This document shows, one piece after another, positions 11,144-21,121 of a stretch of DNA of 64,000 nucleotides. This DNA is from Candidatus Bathyarchaeota archaeon (GTDB taxonomy: Archaea; Thermoproteota; Bathyarchaeia; Bathyarchaeales; DTEX01). The notes beneath the pieces were generated by a model. It worked only from the letters and a program-made list of their open reading frames with translations, did no database searches and was not told the origin of the DNA. Numbering within the stretch: the stretch's first letter is position 1; each line of letters starts with the position of its first letter. A program made the position numbers and the translations under genes. Location: the NCBI GenBank assembly GCA_963714275.1, contig CAVQNT010000007.1:1-64000 (forward strand), written 5' to 3'.

Positions 11144-11686
11144 ATGAACGCAGCAAACAAGACTCGAGTTGCTACCGTCTGGCTCAGCGGATGTTCAGGA
11201 TGCCACATGTCATTCTTAGATCAGGACGAACGCCTCGTTGAGCTGGCTGAAAAAATACAGCTAGTCTACAGCCCAATAATGGACGTTAAGGTTTTTCCCG
11301 AAAACGTTGATGTTACGCTTGTCGAAGGCGCAGTGGCAAACGAGGAACAGTTGGAAACGCTCAGGATAGTTAGGGAACGAACGAAGGTCCTCATATCGCT
11401 GGGAGACTGCGCAGTCACCGGGAATGTCACAGGATTAAGGAACACGGTGTCGAACAGCGCGGAATCAGCACTCAAGAGGGCTTTTGTGGAAACCGCGGAC
11501 GTGAATGGTCAGATTCCGAACGAGGTTCCAAAGCTTCTGAAGCAGACAAGTCCGCTGCACGAAGTAGTCAAAGTGGACTATTACATACCGGGCTGCCCTC
11601 CGTCGGCTGACCTCATAAACTACGTTGTGACGGAACTGCTAGCGGGAAGGACGCCAAACATGGAGAACAGGTCGAAATATGGTTAA
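11144..11686 (+). CDS. hoxY: NiFe-hydrogenase small subunit (single-cluster, group 3d type)
   Basis: [19 protein letters not shown] and IPGCPP motifs; 180 aa. Confidence 0.92.
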   Translation: MNAANKTRVATVWLSGCSGCHMSFLDQDERLVELAEKIQLVYSPIMDVKVFPENVDVTLVEGAVANEEQLETLRIVRERTKVLISLGDCAVTGNVTGLRNTVSNSAESALKRAFVETADVNGQIPNEVPKLLKQTSPLHEVVKVDYYIPGCPPSADLINYVVTELLAGRTPNMENRSKYG

Positions 11687-13129
11687 TGGAGTTGGCTGAA
11701 AAGATGGACAAAATTGAGGTTTCTCCCGTAACCCGAATAGAGGGACATGGCAAGGTAACAATTTTCCTCAATAAAGACGGTACCGTTAAAGAGGCACGGT
11801 TCCAAGTTACCGATTTCAGAGGGTTCGAAAAGTTCTGCGAAGGACGCCCGTTCTACGAGATGCCCTCAATAACGTCGAGGACATGCGGAATCTGCCCCGT
11901 GAGCCACCTGCTTGCCTCTGCTAAGGCGTGCGATGAAATAGTAGCTGTTAACATTCCAAGGTCAGCTGAATTGCTGCGCCGCTTGATGCACATGGGTCAG
12001 ATAGTTCAGTCTCACGCGTTGAGCTTTTTCCACCTGTCCTCGCCTGACTTGCTTCTCGGAATGGACGCAGACCCTTCCGTAAGAAACGTTTTCGGTTTGA
12101 TCGGAAGCCACCCTGAACTGGCAAAAAAAGGAATTAAACTGAGAAAGTTTGGGCAGGAAGTCATTGAGCAGGCTCGCAGGCAAGAGGATTCATTCAAGCG
12201 ACTGGCTTGTGCCCGGCGGCGTGAAAACTCCGCTTTCGAAAGAAAAGGCTGAAAAGATGCTTGCCAATCTGCCTGAAGCCTTGAACATTACGCTTGAAAC
12301 GCTGTCCATGTTTAAGGATAAACTGGACGGTCTGGAAGAGGAAATAGAGAACTTTGGCAACTTCCCAACTTACTATCTAGGTCTCGTTACCCCGGATGGC
12401 GGACTTGAACACTACGATGGCAAAATAAGGGTGGTTGACCCGAAAGGCAAGATTGTCGTGGACAATCTAGACCCCAAGAAATATTTTGAGTACATCGGCG
12501 AGGCTGTCGAACCGTGGAGTTACATGAAGTTCCCGTTCTATAAATCCCTAGGATATCCGAATGGCGCTTACAGGGTAGGCCCGTTGGCTAGGCTTAACAT
12601 CGTTTCACACTGCGGCACCCCGTTGGCTGACGAAGAACTGAAAGATTTCAGGAAATTTGGCAAAAACGGAATCGTGCAAAGCACCTTCCTCTATCACTAT
12701 GCACGTTTGGTGGAGGCTCTTTTCTGTCTCGAAAAAACCAAGGAAATTCTTGAAGACCCGGAGGCTTACGCGGACAATGTTTGGGCTAAGGCTTCGGTTA
12801 ACCGTGGCGAAGGCGTGGGAGTTGCTGAGGCTCCAAGGGGCACCTTGATCCACCACTACAAGGTTGACAGGGAAGGCTTGATAACGTGGGTGAACATGAT
12901 TATCGCGACGGAAAACAACAACCTCGCCTACAATATGGCTGTCACGCAGGTCGCAAAGAAGTACGTCAAAGGGAAACATTTAAGCGAAGGCGTCTTGAAC
13001 AGGGTCGAAGCCGTCGTCCGAGCATTTGACCCTTGCCTGAGCTGCGCAACACACGAACTGGGAAAAATGGCTCTCGACGTGCAACTCTACGATTCAGAAA
13101 AAAGGCTCGTAGACAGACTAACTCGTTGA
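11686..13129 (+). CDS. hoxH: NiFe-hydrogenase large subunit, frameshift near 12160
   Basis: [10 protein letters not shown]1 [10 protein letters not shown] and L2 [12 protein letters not shown] followed by a cleavable C-terminal extension. Confidence 0.92.
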
Positions 13130-13347
13130 CAACGAAGCTTATTTTTCGGATATGCCGTTTTTCAATTCAGTAGAAATAATCTCGTTTGATAATTCGTTCA
13201 ACACACAAGAATATCATATTAAAGAGATGGTCGTTTTTCTTGCCGCATGGAATATTTTACTACAAATAGCTAGCTAGCTGTCAACAACGACTTGTCACTA
13301 AAAACAGGAATTCTTCTCATACCTAAACCTAGATAAGTTTGAGTCTT

Positions 13348-13572
13348 TGGTGGGGCTGGTCGGATTTGAACCGGCGACCTTTGCCCGGAGACAAGGCGTT
13401 GCTTGTTCCTACGGGTTTCTCCGTGCTCCAGAACTTCTTCATCCCATGTTCTGGTCCGCAAACCCGCTTGCTGCTTTCTGGAGCCCTTAACGGTTAGGCC
13501 GTTCGCGACCAACTGTCGTCATACCGTTCCAGCAACCGCCTTAATGGCGAGCTGTTACTAGACTACAGCCCC
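13348..13572 (-). tRNA. tRNA-Trp(CCA) with four BHB-type introns; 77-nt mature tRNA with encoded CCA
   Basis: Acceptor stem GGGGCTG/CAGCCCC, T-loop TTCAAAT, anticodon arm ACGGG-CTCCAGA-CCCGT after removing introns 13555-13527, 13514-13487, 13477-13417 and 13410-13381. Confidence 0.88.
13417..13477 (-). ncRNA. Box C/D guide RNA within the canonical (37/38) tRNA-Trp intron
   Basis: Guide GCGGGTTT before CGGA pairs with AAACCCGT. Guide TTCTGGAGC before CGGA pairs with GCTCCAGAA. ATGAAGA is C'-like. The N+5 rule gives C39 and C34. Confidence 0.75.
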
Positions 13573-13671
13573 ACAAACCAAACTTTTTTAGAGGATTAGC
13601 ATATATGCATTACGTTCAATGTTCGTTGAGTGAAACGAAAGGTTAAAAAACAACAACCATTCAAATATCAC

Positions 13672-13795
13672 GGGTTGCCGGCCACAGGGCGTGGGACCCA
13701 CCCGAACCCATTCCGAACTCGGAAGTTAAACCACGCTCCGTCCATGGTGTTAGTGCAGTCTTAGGCTGCGTGAAGCCAAGGAAGCTGGCAATCCA
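13672..13795 (+). rRNA. rrf: 5S rRNA (unlinked), divergent from tRNA-Trp
   Basis: Conserved CCCGAACCCATTCCGAACTCGGAAGTTAAACC core and terminal helix GGTTGCCGGC/GCTGGCAATC. Confidence 0.93.
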
Positions 13796-13987
13796 CTCAT
13801 TCTAAAGTCTTCAAACAAAAATAGAATCCCCCTTTCTGTGCGGTGGCTTAACTATGGTGTGATGCCAAGTTTTTGTGAAAATTGTTGTCGTATCGTCGAT
13901 TTTTCATTTTTTAGAATAGTTAATGTTAAAATCATTAATTCGTATTACATTCTATCCAATTCCAACAGTCTTGGAGAACAAAGAAAC

Positions 13988-15809
13988 ATGAGCATTGTTG
14001 AATATCTGGAAACCAAAGCGAACATTCTTAGGTTACACAGTATAAGAGCCACAACAAAGGCGGGATCAGGTCACCCTACGAGCTGCATGTCTTCCGCAGA
14101 AATTGTGGCGACACTGTTCTTTAAAGAAATGAACATTGACCCCTTAAACCTTGATTGCATAGACAATGACGAGTTCATATTGTCAAAAGGCCACGCTGCG
14201 CCAATTTTGTACGCTGCCCTCAGCTGAAGTAGGCGTTATTCCGAAAGAGAAAATCATGACCCTGAGAGAGTTCGCTTCTGAGCTGGAAGGGCACCCAGTT
14301 CCGAGGTTGAAAGGCGTAAGGGTTGGAACAGGCTCCCTAGGTCAAGGCTTGGCGACTGGCATAGGGATGGCGTACGCGAAGAAGCTGCATGGAGTCAATC
14401 ATCGGGTCTACGTTCTTCTCGGCGATGGCGAAATGGCTGAGGGTTCAGTGTGGGAGGCAATCAACTTCGCGGGACGACTTGGGCTCTCAAACCTGACCGC
14501 GATAACTGACATGAACCGTCTTGGCCAAAGTGGACCCACAATGTACGAGTGGGAAGCCGAAGCTTACGCTGAAAGGATTGCAGCCTTCAATTGGGACGTT
14601 TATGTCTGCGACGGGCACGATGTCAAAGAGCTTCTGGAAGTCTTCAGCAAGACGAAAAGGTCGAAAAAACCGTCCTTCATAGTAGCGAAGACCGTGAAGG
14701 GTAAAGGTGTCAGCTTCCTCGAAAACGTTGACGGCAGACACGGGAGACCCTTGACAAAGGAAGAACAGGAAAAAGCCATCAACGAAATAACGCCGAGAAT
14801 CCGTAACATTGTTTATCAACCAAAAAATTTTATCAAGGCAACAGTTCCAGCGAAGATTTCAGCAACCGAATACTCATTTGAGACAGACTATAAGTTGGGC
14901 GAAAAGGTCGCGACGAGATTAGCCTACGGTAAAGCCTTGCAGAAACTTGGAAGAATGAACAAGAACATGGTTGTCCTCGACGGCGACGTCCAGAACTCCA
15001 CGTATACGATTAACTTTTTCGAGGAGTTCCCTGAACGGAGCCTACAATGTTTTATAGCGGAACAGAACATGGTCAGCACGGCAGTCGGTCTGCAGACCCA
15101 CGGGTTCGACGTGTTTTTTTCAGACTTCGCTTGTTTTCTGACAAGAGCCTACGACCAGATAAGGATGGCTGCGTACTCCAGAGCTAACTTGAAAGTAACC
15201 GGGTCGCATGCAGGCATATCAATAGGCGAAGACGGTCCCTCGCAGATGGGCTTGGAAGACTTAGGCATGTTCCGCTCCTTAATGAACAGCATCGTCCTTT
15301 ACCCCTCCGACGCCGTGAGCAGCGAGAAACTTACGTGTTTGATGGCAAACTACAGAGGCATATCCTACCTTAGGACCACCCGACCAGCGACACCAGTAAT
15401 ATACGACAACAAAGAAGAATTAACCATAGGCGGTTCAAAGATTCTCAAGCAAGCCAGAAACGACAAAGCAACGATTGTGGCTGCCGGAGTGACAACGCAC
15501 GAAGCCTTGAAAGCCTACGACAAACTGAAACAAGACAACATTACCATTAGAATCATAGACTGCTATTCTGTAAAGCCCCTAGACGAGGCGACGTTGAGGA
15601 AGGCAGCCAAGGAAACGGGGCACCTCATAACGGTTGAGGACCATTATGCAGAAGGAGGACTCGGTGAAGCCATAGCTTCGTTGGGTCTGCAGCCCCACAT
15701 ACTTGCGGTGAGGAAGATGCCTCATTCAGGACCACCTGAAATGCTTATGGCTGAGCAAGGAATCGACGCCGAGGGCATAATCAAAGAGGTCAAGAAGATT
15801 CTGGGCTAA
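13988..15809 (+). CDS. tkt: Transketolase (full-length, ~607 aa), frameshift near 14220
   Basis: [24 protein letters not shown] motif GDGE...N, IAEQNM and GEDGPSQ. Confidence 0.92.
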
Positions 15810-15916
15810 GAAATCGTTGCTCTCCTCTAAACTATTTTCGTGTTCTTGAAAAGGTTAATGTATGCCTCAAACAATAGGATGGTTGGTTGCAGAGATCATT
15901 TTAAAGTGACACTTAC

Positions 15917-16234
15917 ATGGCCGTCATGTACGTGAGGTATTACGGGAAACTGCGCGAACTGCTGGGCTTCAGGAAAGAAGAATACGCTGTTGACGAGGGA
16001 ACAACCCTAATGGACTTGCTCGTAAACCACATACCCCAAAGGCACCCAGAAGTCTCCGAAGCTTGGGCTGAAACCCTTTTTAAGAAAGTGAAAGGTGAGG
16101 TTGCGCAGAACAAAAATGGCGTTCCAGTCCTAGGCAACTATCTCGTTACATTGAACGGTAAAACAGCAAGTCTCGGAGAAAAATTGAAAGAAGGAGACGA
16201 AGTGGCGATAATGCCTCCTTTTGGCGGAGGATAA
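15917..16234 (+). CDS. moaD: MoaD/SAMP ubiquitin-like sulfur carrier
   Basis: Beta-grasp pattern ending LKEGDEVAIMPPFGGG (C-terminal GG); adjacent to moaE. Confidence 0.85.
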   Translation: MAVMYVRYYGKLRELLGFRKEEYAVDEGTTLMDLLVNHIPQRHPEVSEAWAETLFKKVKGEVAQNKNGVPVLGNYLVTLNGKTASLGEKLKEGDEVAIMPPFGGG

Positions 16235-16258
16235 CCCAAAAAAACATTGGCGAAGTGA

Positions 16259-16687
16259 TTGGTGGTTAAGGTGAAAGTTAAGGTTTTGCAGAAGCTTGAC
16301 CCTTTGGATTCTCTGGTTGAGGAATTGAAGAAGTCATCAAACGAAGTAGGCGCAGTAACAGTTTTTGTAGGAATCGTTCGAGGGACTCGCGAAAAAGAAA
16401 AGGTCCTCAGGCTTGAGTACGAGGCGCACGAAGCCTTGGCGCCACAGACAATAAAAACCATCGTTGAAGAACAGAAAACGAAACATGGCATAATCGACGC
16501 AATCGTTGAACACAGAGTGGGAACGGTTCAGGTCGGTGAAGAAGTCATGTACGTTCTCGTGGCGTCCAAGCACCGAAGGGAGGGACGGAAAGCCCTAGCG
16601 GAGCTCGTTGATAGAATTAAGCATGAGGTTCCAATCTGGAAAAAAGAAGTAACAGAAAAAGATACTTACTGGGTCGAGAATCCCTAA
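16259..16687 (+). CDS. moaE: Molybdopterin synthase catalytic subunit
   Basis: GAVTVFVGIVR, LEYEA, HRVG and PIWKKE motifs. Confidence 0.92.
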   Translation: MVVKVKVKVLQKLDPLDSLVEELKKSSNEVGAVTVFVGIVRGTREKEKVLRLEYEAHEALAPQTIKTIVEEQKTKHGIIDAIVEHRVGTVQVGEEVMYVLVASKHRREGRKALAELVDRIKHEVPIWKKEVTEKDTYWVENP

Positions 16688-16712
16688 AGCTCATTGAATT
16701 GCGTGTGCCTTT

Positions 16713-17963
16713 TTATTTTGGTTTTGCTCTTTCGGATACTATTTTCTCTTGGTAACCAGATTTAACGTAGCCTTCCACCGGGTCAATCGGCAACCCCTTT
16801 TCTTGCCTAGCCACGTAAAGAATCGGTCTAACGTCGGTCAGATAGGCGTCCAGCAACGTTCTGTTCGCAAGCATGATTTCGTTTATGTTCTGAAGCTTAA
16901 GGAGATTGGCTTCATCAATAATCAAAGCCTTAGCATACGAGACCATAAGCGAATCAACCGAATGCAGAACCGCGTGAATTCGGTTTTCAAGCGCTGAACT
17001 CTGGTCAATAACGTATGTCCAGTTCTTTTCGGGCACAGGATTGCCAATTACTGCTCCAAGAACTAGCTCGTGGTAGATGCCGAAGAGCTGCATGTTCGGT
17101 TCAACCGCGTGGTCGTCGTCCGCAGCGTACCGGGTGTTAAAATGGAACCCGCCAGGCATCTTTTCTTCTATGAGTCTGGCTACAATGTGTTCAACGTTTA
17201 CGCCGTGCGGATGATGCCCCAAGTCGATGAGGACTCCCGCCCTGTTTCCGAGGCTCCGCGCAAAATCTGAGGCTACACAGTAATCGGAGACAACCGTGTG
17301 ATAAGTTCCAGGCTCAAACAGCTTATACTCAATAAGCATACGAACCGAGCTCGGCATCTCTCTGTAAATGTCCAGTAAACAGTTTTTGAGGTTACGTTCA
17401 ACAGTACGCATGTTCACTTGTCCCGGATACAATGACCCGTCTGGAACCCAAACTGTGATCAGTCCAGTGCCATATTTTGCTGCTGTTTCTGCACTGATTA
17501 CACTGTGTTCAACAAGGCGTCGCCTAGTTTCAGCGTCATTCGCTGTTAAGCTGCCGAAATGTGTGCCCTCCATAAAGTAGGTCGGATTGATAGCGCCAAT
17601 CCCTAAGCCTAGCTTGTCTGCGTAGCTTTTCAGTTTCTTGAACGAGTCAGCTTTGATCTCATAAAACTGGGCATCGTCAGGATCGTCCCATCCCATTTGG
17701 AGGCTGACTTTAGGCGTGGCTCCGGTTAATTTGTTTACGAGGGCCGCGTCGTCGAACTTCTCAAAAATGTCCCTAGCTGCTCCGGGAGCTAGGTATCCGC
17801 TGAATCGTCCGCCTCCGAAGGCTCCAAAAATCCAAGAAGGCACCTCAACCGTGAACTGCTTGATTTTTTCTTTAACCTGCTCTATGTCGATGTTTTTATT
17901 CGCAAGGTCTTTCCCTAAAAGCTCATATTTTATATCCAAGTCTTTTTCTTTACTTTTAGACAT
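16713..17963 (-). CDS. L-rhamnose isomerase-like sugar isomerase (RhaI / xylose-isomerase TIM barrel)
   Basis: EVPSW, WVPDG, IEYKLFEP, DLGHH and GGFHFN...DDD motifs. Confidence 0.8.
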   Translation of the reverse strand: MSKSKEKDLDIKYELLGKDLANKNIDIEQVKEKIKQFTVEVPSWIFGAFGGGRFSGYLAPGAARDIFEKFDDAALVNKLTGATPKVSLQMGWDDPDDAQFYEIKADSFKKLKSYADKLGLGIGAINPTYFMEGTHFGSLTANDAETRRRLVEHSVISAETAAKYGTGLITVWVPDGSLYPGQVNMRTVERNLKNCLLDIYREMPSSVRMLIEYKLFEPGTYHTVVSDYCVASDFARSLGNRAGVLIDLGHHPHGVNVEHIVARLIEEKMPGGFHFNTRYAADDDHAVEPNMQLFGIYHELVLGAVIGNPVPEKNWTYVIDQSSALENRIHAVLHSVDSLMVSYAKALIIDEANLLKLQNINEIMLANRTLLDAYLTDVRPILYVARQEKGLPIDPVEGYVKSGYQEKIVSERAKPK

Positions 17964-18185
17964 GACTCGTCTCACTTCCAAGCAGCAACGAACATTGAAT
18001 GACTACTTAATGCCAATACAAACAACGTCTTTATAAAAATAACATCATAATAAAAAACAAACCTCACCTAAAAAAATTTCATCTAGTAAAGAAAAATTAT
18101 TATTACGGTCTTTTCTCTAGATTTAATAAGCGGTTCCCAAAAATATTAGGGTCAAGCCAGATTGTTGTGGGAGGATCAATGCCAA

Positions 18186-18923
18186 ATGAGTTTGTCGAAG
18201 TCAGAACTTGAACAGTACAACCGCCAGATGTTGATTGACGGTTGGGGAAAAGAAGGACAAACGAAACTCAAAAATTCCTCAGTTGCGGTTGTAGGCGTCG
18301 GCGGCTTAGGATGCGTGTCGTCAACGTATCTGGCAGCTGCAGGCGTTGGAAAGCTAATTTTGGTTGACAAGGACAAAACGAGCATGAGCGACCTGAACCG
18401 CCAAGTCCTCTATACACTGAAGGACATCGGACAATTTAAAGCTGAAACAGCCAAAAAAAGGCTGGAAGCTTTGAATCCAGAAGTTAAGGTTGCAGCCATT
18501 CTGGAAGAGGTCTCAGAGGAAAATGTTACAAAAATTATTAGTAATGTGGATGCGGTCGTCGATGGGCTTGACAACTGGAAAACAAGGTTCATAATCAACG
18601 ACTACTGCGTAAAAAGGCAGGTCCCATTCGTCCACGCAGGCGTCTCCCAGTTCTACGGGCAAATAACCACCGTGATTCCGGGGAAGGGACCATGCCTCAG
18701 ATGCATCTTCCCGAAAGAACCATCCGAAACAAAGACCAACCCGATCTTCGGAGGTACCCCCTCAGCCTTAGCCTCACTCCAAGTCATGGAGGTTATTAAA
18801 TGCCTGACAGGAATCGGGAACCCGCTGGTCGGAAGAATGCTGTTCATCGACGGAGAAGAAATGGCGATCGAAACAGCAGAAATAAAGAAAAATCCAAAAT
18901 GCCCAGCCTGTGGCTCTATTTAA
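18186..18923 (+). CDS. moeB: MoeB/ThiF (UbaA-like) adenylyltransferase
   Basis: YNRQ, GVGGLG, SDLNRQ, CLRC and CPAC motifs. Confidence 0.9.
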   Translation: MSLSKSELEQYNRQMLIDGWGKEGQTKLKNSSVAVVGVGGLGCVSSTYLAAAGVGKLILVDKDKTSMSDLNRQVLYTLKDIGQFKAETAKKRLEALNPEVKVAAILEEVSEENVTKIISNVDAVVDGLDNWKTRFIINDYCVKRQVPFVHAGVSQFYGQITTVIPGKGPCLRCIFPKEPSETKTNPIFGGTPSALASLQVMEVIKCLTGIGNPLVGRMLFIDGEEMAIETAEIKKNPKCPACGSI

Positions 18924-18943
18924 ATTTCATTATTCATATGAAG

Positions 18944-19043
18944 TGGTGCTCCGGCCGGGATTTGAACCCGGGTTTGCGACTTTCTTCTGTCTTATGTGGA
19001 CATCGAGAGGCCGCCATACTTGACCGAACTATACTACCGGAGC
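18944..19043 (-). tRNA. tRNA-Glu(CTC) with one 22-nt intron at 37/38
   Basis: GCTCCGG/CCGGAGC acceptor stem, GCGGC-CTCTCG|intron|A-GTCGC anticodon arm, GGTTCAAATCC T-arm and encoded CCA. Confidence 0.92.
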
Positions 19044-19387
19044 GTTGAACTAGACTACTTTTTTCATTTGCGTTTGCGGTATAAAGCGATATCGTCTTTC
19101 TCACTGTCTGCAAGTTCATGTTTTTTCGCTTGCTACGCATAGTCTAAGATTTTTACTTCCAGATATTGTCTTGTGTCTTCCCGATGGTTTATTTCTTTTT
19201 GGGCTTCCACTATAGTCAAGTTTTTCGCTTACTTTCCGTCAGCGCATACTTGATAACATAAAGTGTACTGGTTCTCCTTTTTATTATTTAGTTCTGACCA
19301 TAGCTAGCTTTGGTTTGTAAGTTAAATTATCTTTAGTAAAATTTGCTTCAGTAACTACTTTAAAAGCCATTTTTACCTTATAAAAAA

Positions 19388-19888
19388 ATGGTGGCATGTT
19401 ACATGGCCAAAAACACCATCGGAAAGGCACAAGAGGAAAGTTTAGAAGAATCCATTTTTAAAACATTGAACCACCAGAAAAGGCGAGACATCTTACGTTT
19501 CATAGGCGAATGGAAAGAAGCTACATTTCCCGAAATTAAGAATTCAATAGGAATTGAAGACAGCCCCAGCTTGTCCTATCATCTAAACGCGTTAGACCAT
19601 CTTGCGGTTCAAAAGGAAGGGAGATACAAGCTGTCCGAATTGGGACGTACTGCTTACAATTTTATGTGTAAGACCGCAACATACACAGCATCAACATCCA
19701 TTATAAGCTCTTTGAGAAAGGAAATTCCAGCAATAATAATCGCTAATGCTATTCTCTTGGCTGTTGCCATATTCTCAGTCTTTCAATTTGAAGGAAGACT
19801 TCACCAGATGACTACCTACAGTTTTGCTGTTCTCTGGTTTATCAGCAACATAATTCTCTATTCTATTCTAAAAAGAATAAGAAAGTGA
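19388..19888 (+). CDS. Winged-helix (ArsR-like) regulator with two C-terminal TM helices
   Basis: IFKTLNHQKRRDIL...LSYHLNAL...YKLSELG followed by hydrophobic helices. Confidence 0.75.
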   Translation: MVACYMAKNTIGKAQEESLEESIFKTLNHQKRRDILRFIGEWKEATFPEIKNSIGIEDSPSLSYHLNALDHLAVQKEGRYKLSELGRTAYNFMCKTATYTASTSIISSLRKEIPAIIIANAILLAVAIFSVFQFEGRLHQMTTYSFAVLWFISNIILYSILKRIRK

Positions 19889-19967
19889 CAATCTTAGTTA
19901 TTAATAAAACTGGAAGTAAGCCAAAGTAGAAAGGCTTTTAAAAAACGATAATGTATGTATAAAAGTT

Positions 19968-20477
19968 ATGATACCAACAAAAATGTTTTTCACGCAGGGT
20001 GTAGGAGTTCACAAAGACAAGCTGGCCTCGTTCGAACTTGCATTAAGACAAGCTGGCATTGAAAAATGCAATCTTGTGCGAGTGTCAAGTATATTTCCTC
20101 CCAACTGTAAGTTGATTTCAAAGGAAGAAGGCCTGAGTCTTCTAAAGCCTGGCCAAATAACCTTTGTTATTATGGCAAAAAATGAAACTAACGAACCGAA
20201 TCATCATGTTTCTGCAGCAATAGGACTAGCTAGGCGAAAAGAAGACGATGGATATGGTTATCTTGCAGAATATAGTTCGTTTGAAGAGACTGCCTCAAAA
20301 GCCGGAGACTACGCTGAGAATTTAGCAGCAACAATGCTGGCAATGACGTTTGGTATAGAATTAGATTCAGAAGCCACAAGCAGCAAGATTTCCAAAACTT
20401 CTGTCTGCCAGTCTGCCAAAGGGAATAAGGACAAGTTGTGGACAACAGTAGTTGCTGCAGCAGTTTTTATTATGTAG
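19968..20477 (+). CDS. pdaD: Pyruvoyl-dependent arginine decarboxylase
   Basis: SFELALRQAGIEKCNLVRVSSIFP self-cleavage motif and WTTVVAAAVF C-terminus. Confidence 0.92.
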   Translation: MIPTKMFFTQGVGVHKDKLASFELALRQAGIEKCNLVRVSSIFPPNCKLISKEEGLSLLKPGQITFVIMAKNETNEPNHHVSAAIGLARRKEDDGYGYLAEYSSFEETASKAGDYAENLAATMLAMTFGIELDSEATSSKISKTSVCQSAKGNKDKLWTTVVAAAVFIM

Positions 20478-20488
20478 TTGATTCTTCT

Positions 20489-21101
20489 CTAAGGTTCCTT
20501 CATGAATTCTAAAAATTCATTAAGTGAACGTTTTTCGAGGATGTAGTTTGTTTTCTTTTCCTCTTCTATTGTTGAGTGAGGTCTTGAACCATAATCGTGA
20601 CCTGGATAGACTTCAACATCGTCGTCAAGCTTCATTAATTTATTGAAAAGGCTGTTAAACATTTCCACCGAACTACCTCCAGGCAAATCCGTCCTACCGC
20701 ATTCTCCTACAAACAATGTATCGCCCGTTATGAGTTTATTTTCAATTAGTAAACATATGCTGTCTGGTGTATGTCCAGGCGTGTGGATCACTTTTATGAT
20801 TAGTTCACCTACTTTTAGAATGTCTCCTTCGCCTACTTCAATGTCTTTCTCGGTTTTCGACAGTTTATGGGCTACAATTTCTGAGTTAAAGCGTGATTTG
20901 ATTTTAGAATTATCCATAATGTGATCGCTGTGTTGATGAGTGTTAATGACATATCTTATGCACAACCCGTTTTTCGTTGCCAATAGAACAATAACATCAC
21001 CGTTGAAGCTTGGGTCGACAACAGACTGCTTCATTTGTACCTTCGTCTGCTATGATATAGGAAAAGTTATCGCCAACATGTTTAATCTGTCTGAAGAACA
21101 A
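20489..21101 (-). CDS. Metallo-beta-lactamase-fold hydrolase (glyoxalase II-like), frameshift near 21025
   Basis: THQHSDH, HTPGHT, TGDTLF and PGHDY motifs. The N-terminus (LFFRQIKHVGDNFSYII) is in another frame. Confidence 0.88.
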
Positions 21102-21121
21102 TTCAAAAAACAACCTTTCAT

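Noticed and set aside
13270-13512. 80-aa ORF on the minus strand, and ORFs over 18800-19140
   Set aside because: They overlap the tRNA-Trp and tRNA-Glu genes and are spurious.
16713-17963. Sugar isomerase between moaE and moeB as a new molybdopterin-linked pathway
   Set aside because: Opposite strand with its own upstream region; more likely an unrelated insertion or rearrangement.
18944-19043. tRNA-Glu as the integration site of the 19-39 kb AT-rich region
   Set aside because: Its 3' end points away from the region, and no duplicated tRNA fragment was seen at the far end.
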